From positions 6,138,001-6,202,000 of the forward strand of contig JAYWIR010000002.1 of assembly GCA_036172245.1 (NCBI GenBank): a DNA stretch of 64,000 nt, read 5' to 3'. Under the pieces are notes generated by a model. The model worked only from the letters and a program-made list of their open reading frames with translations, was not told the DNA's origin and did no database searches. This document shows positions 24,286 to 37,100 of this stretch, in pieces. A program made the position numbers and the translations under genes. The DNA comes from Raillietiella orientalis (Eukaryota). The first letter of the stretch is position 1. The number at the start of each line of letters is the position of its first letter.

Positions 24286-26369
24286 AAACTCTTTCGCAGC
24301 TTCAGGGAGGAGCTCTCTTGTAAGGCAGCGGGCGTGCCGCGCCAGCCGCCCTCCCCTCGGTAATGAATGGGGAGGGGGCAGCCTGCAAGAACGCCGCCAG
24401 AGTTCCCCGCGAGCCGGCGAGAAAACTCCCAGACTGGTTGCGAGACAACCGCGGGAACTGCCGCAGGCAACGGGAGCGGGCAGTGGCCGGGAATAGAAGC
24501 AGCAGCAACATCCTCCTTCCTCTTGCCCTTCTCGCAGAATACCTCTTTTCCCTGTAGAGGGAGGGGGAAGGAGGAGAAACAAAAGAAAAGGAGTGGGGCA
24601 CACCGGTGAATCGGCAGAAAAACAGATCCCAGCGGCGAGGGGTCAGCGACCCCGGACGACACGAACTCTCCAGATCGAAGCATTGGATGCGAAGCCGCCG
24701 TGGGGGAAAGCGGTAGCCTCCTTCGAGAAGGGACGCTTGTTCCAAGATGGCCGCTAGCTTTGCGGCCGCTCCCACAGATGGCACGGAGTGCTCGGAAGAC
24801 GCCGCATGATATCAGCTGGTCGGCAGATGAGTGCTGCGGGCGGGAGGAGAGGGTCCGGGATCGAAGGGGGACGAAGGGAGGGAGGGCCGGACGCGCAGGG
24901 AAATGAAAGGAGACGTGTCTCGCGGACCGGGGCACCCCGAGAGATAACCCCTAGGTCGCCCTCCGGCGCTGCTGAGATGCCGAGAGCACGTTCGGTCGGG
25001 AGAGCCGTTCGCGGAAGCAGCAAGGATGTCGGAAGTCGCGACAAACACTCAGAGGAGGAGGCTGCGGTCGGAGGAGCAGGAGAAAAAGAGAAGGAGGAGG
25101 GGGGGAGGGAGGAAGCAAACAGTCCTGGAGGAACGCATCGCTACCGAAAGGGATGAGCAGAATAAGGGACGGCGGGACACGGGCGCAAAACTGACGAGGA
25201 GACGGCCCGCAGTTTCACCAAGTGCCACGGAAGATTTTCGATCCTCGTTTTTCCTCTCCTTACTCCCCCCCCCCTCCTCTCGGCTAAGCTCCTCGGCCGG
25301 CAGATGGCGTTCCTCTGTTCCTCGTGAGCCGAGCGTGGGCACGACAGATGATCGCGCGCTTTCCCTTTCAGGATGGCTGCGAAGGGTGCGGTCGATCGTG
25401 GGCTTGGCCGCTGGGGCCTCTCGATCGACAGAATGGAGAAGAGGCTGGAGCCCGTTCTTTCTCGGGAGAGGGTTTGGCTCCCGAGTGGACCGCGCGGAAA
25501 CGTTCCCCCGGGAGCGCATCGGTCCCGCTCAACGCCTCCCCTTCCCGTCCCGCGCGCACCGCCAAGACTCGGCCAGAAGACTCGCAGAGGCGGGCGGCGA
25601 GGCTGCGCTCGAGCAGCCAGAAGCGGCCCAAACCCGTGGGGTCGCCCGACGAGTCGCGAAACCGCGGTGCAGCCGGGACGCGCATGCGCGCGAGAGAGGG
25701 AGGGGGGGGGGGGAAGGGCGTTCTTCTGCTCCCTTGCCTGGCTCGTGACTCCCCGCCGATGCCCTTCAAGCACCCGCCGCCTCCTTGATCGTTCGCTTCA
25801 TCCCTCCTGAAACGGCGCCAGCCCTCTCGCGCGTGCGGCCCATGAGAGGCGTGACACCGGCAGCAGTCGGCTCGACCTTCCCCTCCGCGCTCCCCGTCGC
25901 AGCGTGGTGACCGACAGCGGTTCGATTTTGAGCCCCGCAGCCCCTCCTTTTATCCCGGCGCGTGCCACGCCGCGCTGGCGTGAGCCCTACACGGCCAGCG
26001 GCGTGTAAGCGCACACACCTCCCAGCGTCGGGGGGGAGGGGGGGGGAGAGGAAGACGGCTTAGCAGAGCAGGGCACGCAGCAGCAACGCCTTCCCTCCCT
26101 CCCTCCCTCCTCCTCCTCCCGTCCCGAAGAGGCGAGACGAGCGGAGCGGAGAGCGCTCGTCGCCGTCGTCGTCTCCGCAAACGGAGGGGCGGCACGAGGA
26201 CGCGGCGGGGGAGAACTCGTGCGCTAGCGGATGATGGGTGGGCGGGTGGGAGGAAGAGGGGGCGAAGGTGAGCAGGCGAAGGGCGCAAGTAGGAAACAGC
26301 AGCGGAAGGCGGCGGCGACGGTGCGTGATGCACGCTGCGTGCCGCCCAACGAATCCAAGAAGGCGCGCT

Positions 26370-26790
26370 CTCACGCACGTGCACCTACGTCCGTCCCTCT
26401 ATAAATAGACGCGCGTGGTCGCATGGAAACGCGACAAACAAGCGGAGACGTGCACCTCCGCGCCGAAAGACGAGGCTTTCGAGAAATCTGTAACGGTGCG
26501 TGCGTGCGTATGTACGTAGGTGTGCGCACGCATTCGTGTGTACACTCAGGCGTACATCTCCGTGTATGCCTGCATATGCATCGTTCTCCACGTGAGCACG
26601 TTCCGTATCGTGTGTACGTGCACCCACATAGGTACGTTTGTACGTGAGTACACACACGCGCGCGTGGATTCCTGTTCGGATGTTTACGCGCGTGTACATC
26701 CGCACGTGTATGCAGAAACGAGTGGCTAGTGCGGGATCTGAATGGGAGCGCGAGTAGGTGAGTGTACGTGAGTATGTTCGGGAGTGTATG
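26370..26790. repeat. Low-complexity alternating purine-pyrimidine region (GT/AC/GC/TA)
   Basis: e.g. GTGCGTGCGTGCGTATGTACGTA, GTGTGTACGTGCAC; similar patches at 8022-8062 and 34500-34660. Confidence 0.7.
26399..26408. promoter_or_regulatory. MEF2 consensus site CTATAAATAG (also TATA-like)
   Basis: Exact CTA(A/T)4TAG in GC-rich DNA 0.85 kb upstream of the CRE palindrome. Confidence 0.45.
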
Positions 26791-27262
26791 GTTCGCGTCG
26801 CGCTCGCTGTGAGGCATCCCTGGCGCGCTTTGCGGTGGCCAACCTGCGGCGTGCCCCGAGGGCATGGCAGTACACCTCCTTAAGAGACCATGTTCTCTAC
26901 CCGCACGCTCTCAAACCAGGGCAGCGTCCCCCGATCGCGCGCCTCCGCCGCCTCGTAGAGGCAGGGCGAAGGAAAGGAGGGTGGAATGGGGAAGGAGAAC
27001 TTATAGTACTCCCTCGTGGGGGGCAGAGCACGGCTTAAGAAGAGGGCGGATAATGCCTTCCCGGCTCGTCGCTCCCCCTGCCGAGTAGGGAGGAGGTCGT
27101 GCCCTTACAAGATCACACCGAAGAAGCGTGGGTGCGCCACTCATCTTTCTCCCTCCATCTCCCTTCCCCCACGATGGAGCCGTCCCCGATGACCTCTTGT
27201 TCAAGGAAGGGGACGCCTTTCCCATTCCGAGGCAGCCCAGAGCGAACCACCCTCCGAAGAAG

Positions 27263-27342
27263 GCGCTGCCGCTGCAGCCACGAGGCGCTCTGACGTCACG
27301 CGCGCGTGACGTCAGAGCGCCTCGTGGCTGCAGCGGCAGCGC
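27263..27342. promoter_or_regulatory. 80-bp perfect palindrome with two consensus CRE sites (TGACGTCA at 27291-27298 and 27307-27314)
   Basis: 27263-27302 is the exact reverse complement of 27303-27342 with no spacer; about 1.1 kb upstream of the PDE ATG. Sequence is directly seen; regulatory role is inferred. Confidence 0.8.
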
Positions 27343-28449
27343 TTTGAAGCCGGGTTCGCTTGGCCGGGGAAAGGATTAGGGGATAGGATGGAAGGAGTGG
27401 GAGCCGGATTCCGCGAGCCCTCCGGCACTGCCGCAAGGGAGAGGGAAGAGAAACGCTTGGCGCTGCCCCCGTTTCCCTGTTGCGAGCAACCGGGATGCGC
27501 AGGCGGGAGGCGAGGAAGCGGGCGGCGGACGAGGGCAGTCGAGGCGACGCTCCTGCCTTCGTCTCCTTCCCTCCCTCCCTCCTGCTGCGCGCGCGCGCGC
27601 TCCTCCCTCCTTCCCCTTCCGTCCCATCCCCGCTCGCGCGTGCGCGCGCGCACCCCGCGATCGCGGCTCGCGATCCGCCGCCGCCGCGCGCGGGTAGCGC
27701 AGTGCCGCTGCTGCTGCTGGCCCGCTCGACGCCGCCGCTGCTGCTGCCCCCCTGCGACGAGCGCGCGCGGTAGCAACTGCCCCCACGTACCCACCCACCC
27801 AGGGCGACCCGTGCAAAGTGTGAAAAAAAGGGAGCGACCCGCGACGTCAGCCGCCCCGGGCGCCGCCGCGGCAGCACCGGGCGGAGTCGAGGAAAAGGCA
27901 GAGGGCAGGAGGTGGTGCTGTTGGTGGCTGCGCTGGTGGTGGTGCGGAAGGAGCAGAGAGGCGCCCGCCGCGGCGACAGCAGGACGTGGGAGCAGAGAGG
28001 AGGACAACCCGCGGACACCCGCGGCCTCCTTGGTCTCCGCCGCCTCCCCCGCGACACTCCCCTCGCCGTCGCTACCCCCCGGTTCCTGGAAGGTCGCCTC
28101 TCCACTCCACCCCCCCGGGACAGCTGCCGTCGCCGCGCCGGCCCCGCCCCCTTTGCTTCCCGCCCTTCCGGGGTCGCGCACTCGCCGCCATGACGGCGGC
28201 GGCGGCGGCGGAGCCGGAGGAAGCGGCGACGAGGGCGACGGCAGCCACGAGGAAGACGACGATGATGATGATAATGACCACGACGAAGGCTCTCCCCTGC
28301 TGCTGCTGCTAGAAGACGCGACACCGCCGACGACCCATGCGCGGCGCTGGCTGTCCCCATGCCCGGCAGCACTAGCCGCGCAGCAGCAACAGCAGCAGCA
28401 GCAGCGTCCCTTCCCCCCGAGTGTCCCCACCACTGCCGCCGCCGCCGGC

Positions 28450-28587
28450 ATGACGTCCTGCGGCTGCGGCGGCGACCCCCGCGGCTGCTGCCGCATTCCC
28501 AAAGGTGGCGGCAGGCGCTCCGGCAGAATCTGGAGCTTCCTCAACAGAGTCTTCTGCCTCAGGAAGAACGGCGAGCGGAACTGCACC
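28450..28587 (+). CDS. PDE7: Probable first coding exon of the PDE7-like gene (MTSCGCGGDPRGCCRIPKGGGRRSGRIWSFLNRVFCLRKNGERNCT)
   Basis: ATG with G at -3, 46 codons, canonical donor ACC|GTAAGC (phase 0), GC/CpG-rich surroundings; joins in frame to 29125-29188 and 47296. True start may lie further upstream (frame open from 27388). Confidence 0.7.
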
Positions 28588-29124
28588 GTAAGCGGGCGCG
28601 ACACGCGAGCCGTGAGCGGGGGTGGGGGGGACCCTGGCGCCCCCGCGAGGCATGGAGGACCGAGAAGCCTCAGTCGAGGTAGCCAACTTTTCTCCTCCTC
28701 CGCTTTTGCCCAACCATTTCCCCTCCTTCTCCCCTCCGTTGCCTTGAGCACCGCAGCAGCTCCGAGATACCCGCCCCCGCCGAGAACGCATGCGCGCGCG
28801 GCACACCGGTCGTTTGCCCTGCAAATCTCTCGTGCCGCCGCCACCACCGAGAGCACTGCGGTTGCGAAGGGCAGAGGGCGCTGCTGCCAGAGGCGCTGAG
28901 CAGCCTCTCCCGTTCGTGGGTCCCTTTCCCGGTTCCTTCTCTCCCTCTCCCGACCTGGTTCCTTCTTCCGCAGCTCGCCGCTTTCCCTGGGGCGCCCGCC
29001 TGCGAAGACGTCATGCCGGCCGGCAAGGGACTGCTCCTCCTCCCCGGGAAATCCATCCCGCCTGACTCCTTAGGGAGCGCTCTCGCGGCGCCTCGCGCGC
29101 GCCCCTGATGCTTTTCTGTTCCAG

Positions 29125-29188
29125 AGGGAGGCCGCCCCCGCCGAGGAACGGTCCAGCCAGTACGCCATCCACGCTGCCGCTACCCTGG
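29125..29188 (+). CDS. PDE7: Probable second coding exon of the PDE7-like gene (REAAPAEERSSQYAIHAAATL)
   Basis: Strong acceptor CTTTTCTGTTCCAG and donor TGG|GTGAGT; 64 nt converts phase 0 to phase 1, exactly what the exon at 47296 (TC AAC) requires. Confidence 0.7.
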
Positions 29189-32100
29189 GTGAGTCGCCGT
29201 CTCCCCACTCTAAGCAACAATCGCTCGAGCGAAAGCGCGCCGGCCGCCGGCGGGTAAAGCCCCCTCCCCCCGCGTCGCGTTGGCAACGAGACGTGCTGCT
29301 GCCCGCCGCGCTCTCCGCACCTTGCACCCCTCTGCGGGAGAGGGCGTCGGATAGTCTCCGGAAACACCAGCGCCGCCGCAAGGCAGGGAACAAAAGGGGG
29401 CGGTGCGCCAGGTCCGTGACAGTCTGCACCCGGGAAGAGTGGGGCGCCGTCGGCAGCCTCTCAGGGAGGGAAGGAGGGACAGAAGGATGCTTCCACAAGG
29501 ACTGGCCTCCGCCTCCCCAGGAGAACCCGCGAGAGGGGTGGGGAGGGACGGTTTCCCTCGCCTCTTCATCCTGCGCGAACGCTTCCCCCACGTCGCCAGG
29601 TGCCCACCCTCCGTTGCGAACGCCGTCTATCCTGACCAGCCTGCGAGGCACTTCCCTCCCTCGCCGCGGATGGAGGAGGCCTTATGGGGAAAGGGAGGAA
29701 ACCCTCAGAAGTACTCGACGAATGCGATTCCCCTCCCCCGCTGCCATTTCTGATTGCTTCTCGCCTCCTCACGAGAGGAGGCGCGAGCTGGGTGAGCTCC
29801 GTCCGAGGTTCGTAGAGCGCGGCCGTTGGCGCATGGGAGGTCCCCGGCAGACTCCACCGCGTAGCACCCCTTCCTTCCCTCCCCCCTCGCCCGAGCGCCC
29901 GCTGCCTGCGGAAGTATGCTCTGGGTTTTTCTTTTTGTCAACCCCTGGCTCCACATGGTTCCCCATCTGGAGCCGGGACACGGGGCTGTCAAGCGAACGG
30001 TGCGTCCGGCCACGCGCGGTTGACTTCCCCTGGGAGCTTTCATTTGGTGTCCTTCGGGAGGATGGATTCCCCCGTCTAGGTTTCCAAGGCGAAGTTCTCC
30101 CGCGCTGAACCTGTTCTCCATAATTCCATGACGGGAGGGGGAGGCAGAAGACTAAGGTGCGCCACGGCCGCCTCGCTGGTGCTTGCCTGCCGTCTTCGAC
30201 CGCGTTTCTCTGGAGGAGGTGGTCGAAATGGAGCCTCGGACGAAGACAGACAGGAAGGCAGGAAGGAAGGGGAGACGCCGCCGTGTTTCTGCGCTTCTCT
30301 TCCTTCAAGTTGCCTCTCGACGCCCGGGACGCCTCTGCGCCGTGATGCTAGCGACGACGCCTAGCCGCATCTCGCGCTCCGTTCTCGAAGAGCCCAGAAG
30401 GAAAGAGACGAACCTCGTGCACCTCGTCGCGAGGGAGGGAGAGGGGGGGGGGGCGCCTCATCGCCGTCGCCACGGCCGACTGGCGCTCGAGCCAGGCGGT
30501 GGCGACCGAGCGATTCCGCGGCTCGTCTGAGAGAGCAGCTTGCCCGCACCGGCCCTCCCTATCCGGAGCGCGTGCGCGCGCGCATGGAGAGAGAAAGCTG
30601 CGGCGTATCGCTCGGTCGAAGGTCAGGAGGTGCGACCGAATTTCCCAGAGTTCGACGCGCGCACGCAAGCGCGTTCGTCTCCAGCCCGGCGCGCGGGATG
30701 CGAGGCCGCCACGACACCGTCGTTCGCACGAGAGGGCATGAGAGGAGGACTACAACAACAGGAAAAAAAAAAAAAAAGCAGGGACGGGGGGCGAGGGGAG
30801 GAAGGAAGACGAAGATCGCGCAAGAATGATGGTGTGTTGTGGGGCGCTTTGTTTTGCTCCGCCGACGTCGTCGGTGCCAGGGGAGAGACACACCCTTCTT
30901 TTTTTTTTTTTTTTTTTGTTTATTTCGAGACTTCGCGAACGCGCACCGCTGTCGGGACGCGCGCGCCACTGGCTGACTGCTGGCGCGCCAGTGCACGCGA
31001 CTCCAGTCGGCATTGCTGATCCGGTGCCCTGGCAGCTGGGCGTTTTGACGCGAACTTTCTTCGCCGACTCCGACACGCGGAGGTGGGAGTGCTGTTCTCC
31101 ATCCTCAGGCGACCATTCTCGTGCCGTAGATGCGCCGCGAGCAGTCTTTTTCCCTTTTGCCTTTTTTCTCACTCCTTCCGTTCAGAGTCCTTCGGAGTTT
31201 CGGCGCTTCCTCTCGAGCAGCTTGGAAGCTGAAGAGGTCGCTTTCCGGGGAGTGGGGGAGCCGACCTTCCCTCCCCCACTGAATGTTTCGATTCTCTTTC
31301 TGGACGTATCCTCGTTCCTGCACAGAGGTAACGACGACTGGCGCACCTCTCGCCAGTGGCTCACACGGGACCCTCCCTCCTGGCTCGCCTTATTGCTCTC
31401 ATACGCATGCAGATCGGGATGTGTACCCAATGCAAGGGTGGACAGCCTCCTCTGTAAAGTTTTTCATTGCGCACGCGTCGAATGCGCATGAAACGCTCCG
31501 AGAGCGCGCGCGCAGATTTGGCGCCTCCGCGGCTTCTACGATTTGCTCCGCCGTCCTCACCGTCTCGAGCGCGGCTACCACGTGTGTGCAGGTGTTCTGT
31601 TTTTTTTTTTTTTTTTTTGGCTTGCGCTTTTTCCTTCCGCTGCGGTTTGGGAGCGCAGCGCTTTCATCACCTGGGATCGGTTTCCCGGACCACACGGGAC
31701 CGCCCGCGGGGGGCCCGCGAGCCGTGGCCCTGACAAGCCCCACGTCAATGTGTGCGGGAGGCATCGATTCGCCGCTGCTGCTGCCGCCGCCGCCGCCGCC
31801 GCTTCAGCGTGCCCGCGTTCTCCCACGATGATGGCAAATCGATACTCCCAGAGCGCAGGAGCGCGTTGCCCGGCACCCGCTCGCGGGGCTTTCGGGGGAC
31901 TGCCGCTTCTTTAGACCGCTTCCCCCCCCCCCCCTTCCGTCTGCATCCGCGCGCGCCTTCTCGCGGAGACCGCTCGCTCTCAGCGAAAGCGCGTGCGCTC
32001 GCGCTGCGGCAGGAATCGCAGCGGACAAAGCTCTCGCTTGGTGTGCCCCGCCTGGGAAGTTGCCCCGGCGACGCCTCCAGTGCCCCTCTCCGCCCGAAGG

Positions 32101-33599
32101 CGTCCCGTGAGTGCACCAACACGAGCGGGGTGCGGCGGAGACAGCAACCCCGGAAGCAACCAGGAACTGCGGCATGGCCTTCGCCTTTCCCCTCTCCCTC
32201 CGAAGGGAACCTCGAGGCGAGGGGGCACCTGTTCGCTGGATCCGGGCGTTCCGTGGCATCGCCGCGGGCAATGGATGTGAGAAGGACCGATGGACGGACG
32301 ACACGGGACGCCGAAACCTCCTCCCGCTGTCGACTCTTGGGCCGGTGAAGGGCGTTCGCTTCGCGCGACCCTCCCGCGTCATTGACCGCCGGCTCGACTC
32401 CTTGTTTTCTTTCCTCCTGCTCGCCTCCCGCCCCCGTTGCTGTTGCATCGCCTGTGAAAATAAGGGAGAGTGCGACCCACTCGCAGGAGGAGATAGCCGA
32501 TGCCGAGGTGCTCGCTCGCCAGCGGCGGCGGCAGCACTCCTAGCGGCCCACTGACGAACGAGAGGCGCTGTGCTCTTTCGGAAGGCCAGCGGATCGCGTA
32601 GTAGCCGGCTGCTCCTCTTTTCGAAGCGCCCGAGAAGAGGGGACGGCCCCGGCCCCCGTCCAAGCGGCGTTCCTCTCTCTTGCCCGCTTCCAGAAGGAGC
32701 CTGCAGCCGCCTCCCCCTTTCTCGCAACGCAGCCTCCTCAAGCTGGCGTCCCTCCAAGCGCCGCCCCCGCCGGGACGGTCGCCCCTCCTTGACTCCTCCG
32801 CGAGACGGTGGTCTCCGTTCCGGAAGGCTTCCATCGTGGCCCCTCCTCCTCCTGGATGGCAGGACGCTTTCTCCCTTCCCGCGAGCCCAGGGGAAGAGCC
32901 GGGGCGCGGGAATAGGGGGGGGAGCACGGCGCAGCGCCGGGCGAAAGTGAAAGCGGGGCGATCGAAATCGATGCTCTTCAGGGAGCCGGGGAAAACGCGG
33001 GGATCGATAAGGACGGAGGGCGGTGCTGCTGCTGCTGCTGCGTCGCGCTCTTCGCCACATATCGGATTGAGTCGCAGTGCCCGGGTGGTGGGTGGGGAGA
33101 GGGGCGGATACGAACGCCGTCCGCCCGCCCTCTCTTTGCTGGGGCCGCCTCTCTTGACGGTCGGGGTGGGAACCGCCGGCTGCGTGCCGCCCTCTCCTTT
33201 CCTGGAGGCGTTCCGATCTCGGGGAGAGGACGGAAGACTCCATACCGGGGCACGCACGCGGCAGTAGCCGGCGGCTGCCATCCCGCCGCGCTCACTCACC
33301 ACTCTCTGCCCTTTCCGTCCCTCCACCCACCCCGAGTCGCAGCCTGCGAGCGAAGGCTGCAGAGTCCATGAGGCCAGACGCCCCTTCGGAAGGAAAGGAC
33401 GCTGCGGTCGCTCCAAGCGGCCTTTCGTGCGTGGTAGCCCCCGCCATGCCGGAGGCACTCTCCCATCAGGAGTGTGGGAGGAAGTCGACGGGGTCACATA
33501 CGGACAGCTCCCTCCGAAGATCGGAGAAGTGAACGGGCTTGGAGGAAGAGGAAAAGGAATGAGTCGCGAGCCCCACCTCGGCAGTGCCGGGAAGGAGAC

Positions 33600-34130
33600 G
33601 TCCTCAGGAGGCGTGCCGCGCTGCCTCTTCCTCCTCCTCCGTACGTCTTCGTCTTGTGCCGCCCGAGGGTCTTCCAGACCGAGACGACGGGAATTCGGAA
33701 GACTCGGGTCTCTTCGCGACCTTCCATCTTTCTGCCCAGCCACCTCCTAGGCAATATCCGACGGTCGCGCCACCACCCTGGCTCCTTCTTTCCCGCTGGC
33801 GCCGCCGGGAAAGGCCCACAGCGGCGAGAGCCGCGCCGCGAGCCGTCTTCCCTCCCTTTGAGCTGTGGACCGTCCAGGAGACCACCGAGAACGCGCTCCC
33901 TCAAGCAGCTGCTCCAGGAGGCTTCACTTCCCCGTGCTCCCCACTCTACCTGTGGCATTGACCTGTGGAACTCTCTCCCTGCGTCTTCCCCCCCCTCCCC
34001 GACCGGCGAATTCCCGCTCCCCTTTCCTGGCGGCGACGCGCGAGAGCACGCTGTAGGAACCAGCTCCTGACCTCTTTGAAATTTTCTGGAGTCGAGATGC
34101 AGGGATCCAGGACGCTCACGCTTGGCGCGC
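33600..34130 (-). mobile_element. Possible decayed LINE RT fragment inside the PDE long intron
   Basis: ENFKEVRSWFLQRAL (cf. LxxVxxWFxxNxL), then RVLGGLLD (cf. KFLGVxLD). Confidence 0.3.
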
Positions 34131-37100
34131 GAGGTTGGCGAACATCCATCCCCTCGCCCTCCCGTCCCCCTCCTCCCTACCCTCTTCCCGAAAAGGTCGA
34201 GCAAGCGACGGGTGGCAAGGAATCTCGCGGCGGTTCGCGAGATGGCGCGCGCCTCTTTGCTCTTCCGCGTCGTCCTTCGCGCATGGCGAGCTTTTCGGAT
34301 CTTTTTCCTATCCACGGTGATGAAGGAAGGGGGAGAGAGGATGAGAGAGAGAAATAAGCGACGCGTTCGCAAGAACCTTCCCGATTTTCTTCGAGATTCC
34401 CTTTTTTTTTTTTTTTTTTTTTCCTTTCGTTCCGCTTCAGGACTGGATGGATGGATGTTTTCCCCTTTTCCTAAACAGCGGGCAATGTGACTTCGCCGGG
34501 TGTGCACGCGGGCGCATACGCGATGGCCGTACACAACTGGGCGTGCGCGTGCTGCGCGCACGTTTCTGCACGCGCGCACGCAGTGTACGGAACAGGTACG
34601 TCTGTACGTACTCGAGCACGCGCGGGAAATGTACACATAGACAAACTGATGCGCACGCGATCCTTGCCCTCGCGTTTCGTTTATTTATTTATTTATTTTC
34701 CTTTTTCTTTTTCGGGGGGGGGGGGGACTCAGTTTCTGGTTTAATCTAATTACAGTGATAAATAAATTCCCGGAAAAGGACCGCCGGTTACCATGGAGAA
34801 CGGCTTGCTGTAGCACACGCTTGGGAATGAGATTAGAAAGTATCGATCAGAAAACATACATTTAGTGTTGTGATTCGAGGAATCGCCGCTCGTTTGTTTG
34901 CCTACTTGCCCTGCAGTGTCTGTGCTCCACCGGTTGTTTGAGGGACAAATATTGTTTCTGTCCGCAGCAAATTTGTCGGTGCAGAGCTAACAAAAGTGCG
35001 TTTGGCGTGCACGCGGCGCGGCGCCGTTCCCTCGAACGTTTTTCCAAGATGGCGCATTTTGCACGCGGACGTTCTGTTCCGCTCCTCACTGCCGGAATTC
35101 CGTCCTCCACTCCATTGTTGCGCTTCGACCCCGCAGGAAACTTCCAGATCTTCGTGCCCCCCCCCTTCCTCCTCCTCCTCCTCCTCCTCCTCCTCCTCTG
35201 CACGCGCGCGCGACGCAGTACGGTGGCGGGGAAGAAGAGCCGTTTGGTTGCTCCTCCATGGAACACTCAGGACAGTCGAGCATGCGTGCGCTTCTCTCTT
35301 ATCCTTTCCATCGGCAAAGCCCCGCGCAACGCAGTCATGGCCTTAGGAAAGGAATCTCGGGGTTCCACCTGCACCCCAAAGGCGACTGTTTGCAACGGGG
35401 TGTTGGTGCGATGAGGTTTTCGTTTTTATTAAGGACGTTCATCCGGCAATTATGATCGCACAATGCATCATCCGTATTTGTTGATGGACTCCTCTCTCAG
35501 GATGCCATGAAGTTCGACATAAATGTTGAAAAACTGCCAATGAAAAAGCGCTCGAATGCAGCAGATCCAGCATGCGCAACAAAAGCATCCTTATCTCCGA
35601 CGACGGGGCCGCAGAACGCTCACGTCTACATTCTTCGGTCGCTTTACAGCATCTTAGCCCATACGATCAGCACGGTTCTGTATCTTTCGGTGCCAAGGGA
35701 ACCTTCGCTGCCGAAACGTAACCGTAGACCGCATCTTTGCTTCCTCACGTTGCCCTTTTGGAAAGAAAGACAGGAAAAAAAAGGGGGGGGGGGAGCAAGT
35801 TCAAACGAATTCGATATTGGCAAACCTCTCTTCAGGCACCGGGAACACAAAATGTGTTACAAGGAAACATCCGTCTAAGTGAAAACACCACCGTTGCGCG
35901 AGTGCTGAGCTCGGTAAACCGACTTCGCGCCTCCCCTTGAGCACCACCACCACCGGCCTTCTGTAGGTTGCGGTCACGGTCCAGCCGAAGAGTGAGGTGC
36001 AGCCGCCCACCACGCACGAGGGCAGCTGTGATGGCACCCTTTCACTCTGACAAGCCCTTAAAATTACGGAGCAACGTGAAGATCAGTGTCTCGCTACTCT
36101 CCAGAGAAATCAATGAATTTTCGAAATCTTTGAAACGGTCTTCAGACGCGCTCTCCCCTTTCCCCCCTTTCCCCCCCCCCCCCCCCCCATTCGCCCCAGA
36201 CTGCTAGGGAAAAAAAAAGAAAAAAGATAAAGTCAAGGCGAGTTGACGCCGAAACTGTTGAAAAGTTCGACATGGCCAAACTCCCGGATATACTGAAAAT
36301 TGAACTTTTCGCGGAGTCCTTTGTAAACCTAACAGAAATTCCGAATGCCTTTTTGACCAGAGAAAAGAGTGGGGAAAATTTCAGTTCAAAAGGTATGTTT
36401 TTTGCTCTCCGTCCCTGGGTTTTCTTCCCTCTTCTTTTTTTGCATAAAGTGAAACTGAGTTTTTTCTTTACGTGTGTGTTTTTTGTTGTTTTGTTTTGCT
36501 TTTGCTTTTTTTTTTTGGGGGGGGGGGGGGATGTTTTCACGGTGTTCATCGTCGCACGGAAACCATGGAGGGATTTCCAGTAAAGCAGTCGCTGTGGTAG
36601 TGGGCTCAGTGTCCAGAATTAAGTAAACATACATTTACGCGTGTTATTCATCATCAGTCTATGTTACATCCAGATAAAAGCGAAACAAAAAGTATGGCTT
36701 TGAAAGCGGAAAAGCAGTCACTTACAGCTGGTACATACGATGGACAAAAACCGTCCTCTGTGAGTACATTGCTATCTCGTGTAAGTTGGACCTCTGGAAT
36801 CGCAAGGTGCATTGCATGAAACGCTTCCTAATGGAAATGCTATATTTGTTTGTCTTTTTTGTCCTTTTTTTTTTTTTTTTCCCCTGCCGAACGCATTCTG
36901 AAAAGTTTATTCGTATCAAATCGCACTGTGCACCAGAAGAGAAGATCTCAGCCTGCTCTTCCGTCTTGCCGGAGGAAGGCGCCGGTAATTCTCTGAAGAT
37001 TTTCTCGTGTCTTCGGTTGCTTCACACATCGGCTGAAGTGTAAGATCTTCACTTCTCGTCACGATGCAGTGATTATCGATAAGAACAATTACGTAGTGTG

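Noticed and set aside
27312..28856. 514-aa minus-strand ORF
   Set aside because: Antisense shadow of the GC-rich PDE 5' region; low complexity, no domain.
31804..34636. Overlapping 479-, 454- and 380-aa minus-strand ORFs as nested genes
   Set aside because: Arg/Pro/Gly-rich products typical of stop-poor GC-rich DNA; only faint RT remnants.
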